This document shows, in pieces, positions 58,352 through 64,000 of a stretch of DNA of 64,000 nucleotides. Origin of the DNA: Gammaproteobacteria bacterium (lineage in GTDB: Bacteria > Pseudomonadota > Gammaproteobacteria > Arenicellales > CAJQKF01); the NCBI GenBank assembly GCA_030429665.1, contig JAUIEZ010000008.1, positions 498 through 64,497 on the forward strand, written 5' to 3'. The translations under genes were made by a program, and so were the position numbers. A model generated the notes under the pieces. That model had not been told where the DNA came from. It was given only the letters and a program-made list of their open reading frames with translations, and did no database searches. How positions within the stretch are numbered: the stretch's first letter is position 1; the number at the start of each line of letters is the position of its first letter.

Positions 58352-59308
58352 ATGCATAACATCGTGAAACTGGTGGCCCAGCGCATGGCGCTGGGCCTCC
58401 TCGTGCTCTTCATCGTTTCGCTGATCATCGCGGCGGGCGTGGATGCCCTGCCGGGCGATCTCTGCCAGGAGATGCAGGGCCAAAGCGCCACCGCCGAGAC
58501 CCTCGAGGCCTGCCGCAAGGAAATCGGTCTCGACAAGGCGCTGCCGCTTCGATACGCGGACTGGCTCGGCGGCATACTCAAGGGTGATTTCGGCGTTTCG
58601 CTGGCCAACGGCAGGCAGATCTCGGAGCTCATCGGCTCGCGCCTGGGCAACACGTTCTTCCTCGCCGGTCTCGCCGCGATCATCTCGGTGCCCCTGGCTC
58701 TGGCCCTGGGCATCCTCGCGGCGTTGTACCGCAACGGCATATACGATCGCGGGGTCAACGTGGTGACGTTGTCGTCGATTTCGTTTCCCGAGTTTTTCAT
58801 CGCGTACATCCTGATCCTTTGGCTGTCGGTCAACTGGGGCTGGTTTCCGTCGCTGTCCAACGTCGGCGGCGACACGCCGCTCGCCGAGCGCGCCTACAAG
58901 AGCCTGCTGCCGGCCCTGACCCTGACCCTCGTGGTCGTGGCGCACATGATGCGCATGACGCGCGCATCCATCATCAACCTGCTGGCAAGCCCGTACATCG
59001 AGATGGCCTCGCTCAAGGGCATGACGAAAAGCCGCATCATCCTCAAGCACGCGCTGCCCAATGCCTGGGCGCCCATCGTCAACGTGGTGGTGCTCAATCT
59101 CGCCTACCTGATCGTCGGCGTGGTCGTCGTGGAGGTGGTGTTCGTCTACCCGGGACTGGGCGAATTGATGGTCGACTCGGTGCGAAAGCGCGACATTCCG
59201 GTCGTGCAGGCCTGCGCCAGCATCTTCGCCGCGACCTACATCATCCTGAACATGACGGCGGACATATTGTCCATCGTGACCAATCCGCGATTGCTGCATC
59301 CGAAATGA
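58352..59308 (+). CDS. ABC transporter permease (DppB/OppB-like)
   Basis: 318 aa, 6 TM. EAA-loop region YIEMASLKGMTKSRIILKHALPNA. Confidence 0.9.
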   Translation: MHNIVKLVAQRMALGLLVLFIVSLIIAAGVDALPGDLCQEMQGQSATAETLEACRKEIGLDKALPLRYADWLGGILKGDFGVSLANGRQISELIGSRLGNTFFLAGLAAIISVPLALALGILAALYRNGIYDRGVNVVTLSSISFPEFFIAYILILWLSVNWGWFPSLSNVGGDTPLAERAYKSLLPALTLTLVVVAHMMRMTRASIINLLASPYIEMASLKGMTKSRIILKHALPNAWAPIVNVVVLNLAYLIVGVVVVEVVFVYPGLGELMVDSVRKRDIPVVQACASIFAATYIILNMTADILSIVTNPRLLHPK

Positions 59309-59330
59309 CAGGCGACGCACAGGACCACCG

Positions 59331-60278
59331 ATGAGCGACCAGGACAACATCACCGCGCAAACCGCCGACGCGGTCGCACCGCCGCCTCCGCGCAAGCGTG
59401 GTGTCCGCGATGCGCTGCGGGCGCTGGCCAAGGCGCCGTTGAGCGCCAAGTTCGGTCTCGTGGTGATCGTCTTTTACGTGTTCGTCGCCGTGTTCGCGCC
59501 CGTGCTGACGCCGTTCGGTGAATCGGAGATCGTCGCCGCCGAGTACGAACTCTGGGGTACGGAAGTGGAGCACACCGACGCCGAGGGTCGTACGCAGACG
59601 GTTACCCTGATGTTCGGGACGGACAACCTGGGTCGCGACATGCTTACCCGGCTCCTGTACGGCGCGCGCAACACCATCGGCATCGCCTTCGTGACCACGT
59701 GCATCGCGTTCCTCCTCGGCGGCGTCGGCGGCATCCTCGCGGCCACGGTCGGCGGCTGGACGGACCAGATATTGAGCCGGATCGTCGACATACTCATGGC
59801 GATCCCCGCACTCATATTCGCCCTGCTGCTGCTGACCATTTTCGGCACGTCCGTTCTCTCGCTGGTGCTGGTCATCGCGGTGCTCGATTCCACGCGCGTG
59901 TTTCGCCTGGCGAGGGCGGTCAGTCTCAACGTGGTGGTCATGGATTTCGTGGAAGCCGCGCGGCTGCGCGGCGAAGGGCTGAGCTGGATCACCTTGCGCG
60001 AGATCCTGCCCAATATCATGCCGCCGCTGGTGGCCGAATTCGGCCTGCGTTTCTGCTTCGTGTTCCTGACCATCGCCTCGCTCAGCTTTCTTGGGCTCGG
60101 CCTGCAGCCGCCGACCGCCGACTGGGGCTCCATGGTGCGAGACAATGCCACCCTGATTACCTACGGCGACATTACGCCGCTGCTGCCGGCCGGCGCCATC
60201 GCCCTGCTGACGGTGGGCGTGAATTTCGTCGTCGACTGGTTCCTCCACAAGACCAGCGGGTTGCGCGATGAGCAGTGA
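59331..60278 (+). CDS. ABC transporter permease (DppC/OppC-like)
   Basis: 315 aa. FGTDNLGRDMLTRLLYGARN and FVEAARLRGEGLSWITLREILPN. Confidence 0.9.
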   Translation: MSDQDNITAQTADAVAPPPPRKRGVRDALRALAKAPLSAKFGLVVIVFYVFVAVFAPVLTPFGESEIVAAEYELWGTEVEHTDAEGRTQTVTLMFGTDNLGRDMLTRLLYGARNTIGIAFVTTCIAFLLGGVGGILAATVGGWTDQILSRIVDILMAIPALIFALLLLTIFGTSVLSLVLVIAVLDSTRVFRLARAVSLNVVVMDFVEAARLRGEGLSWITLREILPNIMPPLVAEFGLRFCFVFLTIASLSFLGLGLQPPTADWGSMVRDNATLITYGDITPLLPAGAIALLTVGVNFVVDWFLHKTSGLRDEQ

Positions 60279-61923
60279 CGGCGGCAAGGGCGATCTCCTG
60301 TTGACCATGCGCGGACTGCGCATCGAGGGTCAATCGGACGAAGAGTGGCACGAGATCGTCAAGGGTGTCGATCTCGACCTGCATCGCGGTGAGGTACTCG
60401 GGCTGATCGGCGAATCGGGCGCCGGCAAGTCGACCATCGGCCTGGCGGCCATGGGCTTCGCCCGGCCCGGATGCCGGATCAGCGCCGGGGAGATCGTGTT
60501 CGACGGCGTCGATCTCATGAAGGCCAGCGAGTCGACCAAGCGAAAGCTGCGCGGCGTGCGCATCGCCTATGTCGCGCAAAGCGCCGCGGCCTCGTTCAAC
60601 CCGGCGCACAGGCTTATCGACCAGTTCTCGGAAGGGCCGGTGGAGCATGGCGTAAGCGGCCGCGCCGAGGCAGAGTCCGACGCGCGCGAACTCTACGGCA
60701 AGCTGCTGCTCCCGGATCCCGACCGTATCGGCTACCGTTATCCCCACCAGGTGTCGGGCGGCCAGCTGCAACGCGCCATGACCGCCATGGCGATGGCCTG
60801 CCGACCCGATCTCATCATCTTCGACGAGCCCACCACGGCGCTCGACGTCACCACCCAGATCGAGGTGTTGGCGACCATCAAGAACATCGTCGAGGAATTC
60901 GATACCGCGGCGATCTACATCACCCATGATCTCGCGGTGGTGGCGCAGATGGCCGACCGCATCAAGGTGCTGCGATTCGGCGAGACGGTGGAGGAGGCCG
61001 ATACCGCCACCATGATGACCAGTCCGCAGCAGGAATACACAAAGACCCTGTGGGCGGTGCGCAGCTTCAAGAAGGAACCCATTCCGGCGAAGTCGAAGGA
61101 GCCGCTGGTGAGCGTGAAGAACGTGACCGCTGCCTACGGCGCGGTGCCCGTGCTGCACGATGTCTCCTTCGACATCTACCGTGGCAAGACGGTGGCGGTG
61201 GTGGGTGAGTCCGGTTCGGGCAAGAGCACCACGGCGCGCGTCATCACCGGGCTTCTGCCGCCGCGCGAGGGGCAGGTCCTGGTTAACGGCGAGCCGCTGC
61301 CGGGCGACTACCGGCACCGTACCAAGGCCCAGCTGCGCCACGCCCAGATGATCTACCAGATGGCGGACACGGCGGTGAATCCGAAGCAGCGCATCCGCGA
61401 GATCATCGGCCGGCCGGTGTCGTTCTACCTCGGCCTGTCGGGGCGGCGACTCGAGGAGCGAATTCGCGAGCTCCTGTCGTTGATCGAGCTGGAGCCCGAC
61501 AAGTTCATCGACCGCTTTCCCGGCGAACTGTCGGGCGGGCAGAAGCAGCGGATCTGCATTGCCCGCGCGCTTGCCGCCGAGCCTGAATTCATCATCTGCG
61601 ACGAGGTGACCTCGGCGCTGGACCAGATCGTCGCCGAGGGTATCCTCAGGTTGTTGGACCGGTTGCAACGCGAGCTCGACCTTGCCTACATGTTCATCAC
61701 CCACGACCTCGCCACCGTGAGGGCGATTTCCGACGAGGTCGTAGTCATGCTCAAGGGTCGCATCGTCGAGCAGGGGCCGCGCGAGGAAATGTTCACCCCG
61801 CCCCATCACGAATACACCGACCTTCTGTTGTCCTCGGTGCCGGAAATGGACCCCCACTGGCTCGACGACCTCATGGAGCGCCGACGCCGCGATGGCATGA
61901 TGGCGTCGACGTCCACCTCCTGA
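60268..61923 (+). CDS. ABC transporter ATP-binding protein with two fused ATPase cassettes (DppD-DppF type)
   Basis: 551 aa. Walker [10 protein letters not shown] and GESGSGKST, signatures VSGGQLQR and LSGGQKQR, Walker B IIFDEPT and IICDEVT. Confidence 0.95.
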   Translation: MSSDGGKGDLLLTMRGLRIEGQSDEEWHEIVKGVDLDLHRGEVLGLIGESGAGKSTIGLAAMGFARPGCRISAGEIVFDGVDLMKASESTKRKLRGVRIAYVAQSAAASFNPAHRLIDQFSEGPVEHGVSGRAEAESDARELYGKLLLPDPDRIGYRYPHQVSGGQLQRAMTAMAMACRPDLIIFDEPTTALDVTTQIEVLATIKNIVEEFDTAAIYITHDLAVVAQMADRIKVLRFGETVEEADTATMMTSPQQEYTKTLWAVRSFKKEPIPAKSKEPLVSVKNVTAAYGAVPVLHDVSFDIYRGKTVAVVGESGSGKSTTARVITGLLPPREGQVLVNGEPLPGDYRHRTKAQLRHAQMIYQMADTAVNPKQRIREIIGRPVSFYLGLSGRRLEERIRELLSLIELEPDKFIDRFPGELSGGQKQRICIARALAAEPEFIICDEVTSALDQIVAEGILRLLDRLQRELDLAYMFITHDLATVRAISDEVVVMLKGRIVEQGPREEMFTPPHHEYTDLLLSSVPEMDPHWLDDLMERRRRDGMMASTSTS

Positions 61924-61926
61924 ACG

Positions 61927-61946
61927 CCGGCGGCGGCAGCCGCCGG
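61927..61946. terminator. GC hairpin between convergent ABC ATPase and terC genes (possible bidirectional terminator)
   Basis: CCGGCGGC-ggca-GCCGCCGG, an 8-bp perfect stem. There is no clear U-tract on either side, so strength is uncertain. Confidence 0.4.
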
Positions 61947-61975
61947 ATCGTCCAACGTCTGCCGCGATACCGACG

Positions 61976-62725
61976 TCAGTCGGTGGAGCGGTACGCCTTG
62001 TGCAGCTTGACGGCCCTGACGCGCCGGTCGCGCACGCGTATGTTGAGCATCTCCACCGCCACCGAGAATGCCATGGCGAAGTAGATGTAGCCCTTGGGCA
62101 CGTGGAAATCCAGGCCTTCGGCGACCAGCGTGACGCCCACCAGGATGAGGAACGCCAGCGCTAGCATCTTGATGGTCGGATGCCGTTCCACGAAGTCGTT
62201 GATCGAGGCCGCCGCCAGCAACATCACGCCCACCGCCACGATGATGGCGATCGCCATGATGGAAATATGGTCCACCAGGCCCACCGCCGTGATCACCGAG
62301 TCGAGCGAGAACACGATATCGAGCAGTGCGATCTGGACCAGGACCGAACCCAGCGTGGCCGTCGCCACGCCGCCTTGTTTCCCTTCAACGCCCTCCAGGC
62401 TGTTGTGAATCTCGTGGGTCGACTTGGCCAGCAGGAACAGGCCGCCCAGGACGAGTATCATGTCCCGGCCGGAAATTTCCTCGGCGAACAACGTGAACAT
62501 CGGTTCGGTCAGGCCCATGACCCAGGCGATGGAAAAAAGCAGCGCGAGTCGCGCGACCATGGCCAGCGTGAGTCCCAGGTTGCGGGCGAAGGCACGCTGC
62601 TTTTCCGGCAGGCGGCCAACGAGGATCGAGATGAAGATGATGTTGTCGATGCCGAGCACGATCTCGAGCGCCGTGAGCGTGGCCAGCGCGATCCACGCCT
62701 CGGGACTGGCAATCCATTCGAACAT
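61976..62725 (-). CDS. TerC family integral membrane protein
   Basis: Start at MFEWIASPEAW (ATG 62725, GGGAGG RBS). LEIVLGIDNIIFISIL and LLDIVFSLDSVITAVG are the paired TerC motifs. Confidence 0.9.
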   Translation of the reverse strand: MFEWIASPEAWIALATLTALEIVLGIDNIIFISILVGRLPEKQRAFARNLGLTLAMVARLALLFSIAWVMGLTEPMFTLFAEEISGRDMILVLGGLFLLAKSTHEIHNSLEGVEGKQGGVATATLGSVLVQIALLDIVFSLDSVITAVGLVDHISIMAIAIIVAVGVMLLAAASINDFVERHPTIKMLALAFLILVGVTLVAEGLDFHVPKGYIYFAMAFSVAVEMLNIRVRDRRVRAVKLHKAYRSTD

Positions 62726-62864
62726 GATGACCTCCCGTTGGTTCGGTCGATGGAGCGCCACGGACGTCGGCGGCAGGAATGTGCCGTCGCAGCGCGAGAT
62801 GTCGGCGTGATTCTACCGTCGGCCGCCCGGGCGCGCGCATTACGGTCGCGTACGGTGTGCCGCC

Positions 62865-63686
62865 TCAGGACAGGTCGAATTTCCGCCGGCGCACGAATGC
62901 GCCGAAGTCGGTGCGCATGGGGCGCGCGTACTGGCGGGTTCGGTGCTCCGACCAGCCGTAGTCGGTAGTGACGCCAAAGCGGTTCACGTCCCGCTGCGCC
63001 TGTGGCGGCGTCGGCCGCGCTGCCTCGCGGCGCCGGTCGTACTCGGCGACCTCGGTCAGCAGGTTCGTATCGTCGTAGCGGTTCTCGTGCACGGTCACGC
63101 TTTGCGGCAGTCGCATGCTCACGTCGCCTTCGCTCGCCGGCCAGCCGACGCACAGCCCGGCCACCGGAAACACGTGGTCCGGGAGCGCAAGCTCTCGCGC
63201 GAGGTGGTGGACGTGATCGCGAATCTCGCTCACGGGGCAGCAGCCAAGCCCCGCCGACTCGGCGGCGACGATGAACGTTTGCATGGCGATGCCGGTGTCC
63301 ACGGCTGCGTTCATGAAGGCGTCAAGGTGATCGTTGGCGAACGGGTGGCCCCGCCATTTTGCCAGCCGCCGAATGCGCCGGCTGTCGCCGCACCACACCA
63401 TGAATTCTGGCGCGCCGGTGATCCAGGCGACGTTCCGGGAGCGCGAAGCGATGCGTTCGATCGCCTCGCGCCGGGTGAGGCGAATCACGCTGACCTGTTG
63501 CAGATCCGACTTGCTCGGTGCGCTGAAGGCCGCGGCGAACAGGCTTCGCAGCAAATCCTCGCCGACCGGCTCGCCGGTGAACCGGCGGTGGCTGCGCCTT
63601 GAGAGGATGCGGCGAAGGGTGTCATTCGTTTCCAGCCGGAAGTCGCAATCGAGTCCGTAGCGGTTCCGGTATAGCTGATCGCTCAT
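62865..63686 (-). CDS. NADPH-dependent oxidoreductase, nitroreductase superfamily (NfsA-like)
   Basis: Start at MSDQLYRNRYG (ATG 63686). RRSHRRFTGEPV, APSKSDLQQVSVI and GLGCCPVSEIR. Confidence 0.8.
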   Translation of the reverse strand: MSDQLYRNRYGLDCDFRLETNDTLRRILSRRSHRRFTGEPVGEDLLRSLFAAAFSAPSKSDLQQVSVIRLTRREAIERIASRSRNVAWITGAPEFMVWCGDSRRIRRLAKWRGHPFANDHLDAFMNAAVDTGIAMQTFIVAAESAGLGCCPVSEIRDHVHHLARELALPDHVFPVAGLCVGWPASEGDVSMRLPQSVTVHENRYDDTNLLTEVAEYDRRREAARPTPPQAQRDVNRFGVTTDYGWSEHRTRQYARPMRTDFGAFVRRRKFDLS

Positions 63687-63705
63687 TGAACGTTTCCGAT
63701 AGAGG

Positions 63706-64000
63706 CTAGTCGTGAACGGCGCGCCGGGCACCCGCACGGAACAACACGTCCAAGGCCTCGTCGGCGCGTTCCACGGGCACGAAGACGTGGTCGTGGTGAA
63801 ATGCGGCCACCACGTTGGCGCTGATGCCATGCTCGGCCAGGGCCGTCGAAACCGCCGCGGTGAGGCCGACTGCCGACAGGCTCGAGAAAACGCCCAGCGA
63901 AATCATCGCGAACTCGCCTTCGAAGGGCAGTTTCGCCGACACCGCCTGCTCCCGCGAGAGTATCAGGGTCAGTCCCTCCGCTTCGGCGAACGCGCCCAGC
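63706..64000 (-). CDS. ACT-domain (ACT_7-like) protein; the 5' end lies beyond the right window edge
   Basis: The frame stays open to the window edge: ...LGAFAEAEGLTLILSREQAVSAKLPFEGEFAMISLGVFSSLSAVGLTAAVSTALAEHGISANVVAAFHHDHVFVP. The pattern is typical of small ACT-domain proteins. Confidence 0.65.
   Translation of the reverse strand, partial: LGAFAEAEGLTLILSREQAVSAKLPFEGEFAMISLGVFSSLSAVGLTAAVSTALAEHGISANVVAAFHHDHVFVPVERADEALDVLFRAGARRAVHD

Noticed and set aside
60172-61857. 561-aa minus-strand ORF
   Set aside because: It is antisense to the double-cassette ABC ATPase, which has two Walker A, signature and Walker B sets. Shadow ORF.
62726-62864. Possible yybP-ykoY (Mn2+) riboswitch upstream of the TerC gene
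   Set aside because: TerC-family genes often carry this riboswitch. Reading the 139-nt spacer on the minus strand, I could not find the conserved GGGGAGUAG / four-way-junction core, only a TAGAAT -10-like box and the RBS. A covariance-model scan would be decisive.

Overview
High-GC (by eye about 65-70%) chromosomal segment from a proteobacterium, probably gamma or beta. Evidence for that placement: an ilvGM leader-peptide attenuator, a SpeB close to the E. coli enzyme, and RND, TerC and box genes. Coding is dense on both strands, and many long antisense ORFs in the track are GC artefacts. No rRNA, tRNA, CRISPR array, transposase or integrase was recognised.

Contents, left to right:
- An RND efflux pair (pump truncated at the left edge), then small enzymes (CMD/AhpD-like, DOPA-dioxygenase family, DUF1326, MaoC).
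- A large zinc-ribbon / class III nucleotidyl cyclase / STAND ATPase / TPR protein.
- GST, DUF488 and panE.
- An ilvG-ilvM acetolactate synthase operon preceded by a Val-rich leader peptide and attenuator.
- A ceramidase-like membrane protein and an Asp-nucleophile alpha/beta hydrolase.
- An ATP-grasp / CocE-NonD peptidase / Ddl-like ATP-grasp trio.
- A second RND pair.
- A lower-GC, stand-alone NRPS-like gene whose C-terminus looks like an AAC(3) aminoglycoside N-acetyltransferase fold. This is the most unusual item in the window.
- A TetR gene with a perfect operator palindrome, followed by the lower protocatechuate 4,5-cleavage pathway (ligC-ligI-ligK-ligJ-ligU). No ligAB is present.
- A Mut7-C RNase coupled to maeB, an FAD oxidase, and pobA followed by an S1/P1 nuclease.
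- DUF1330-fadH-DUF309 and boxC-boxB-boxA (aerobic benzoyl-CoA pathway).
- Dodecin, SirB2, an aminotransferase, chrA, LysE and TauE exporters, speB, a methyltransferase and a D-amino-acid transaminase.
- A peptide-type ABC importer, TerC, an NfsA-like nitroreductase and a truncated ACT-domain gene at the right edge.

All functional calls come from reading motifs in the translations. No database search was run.
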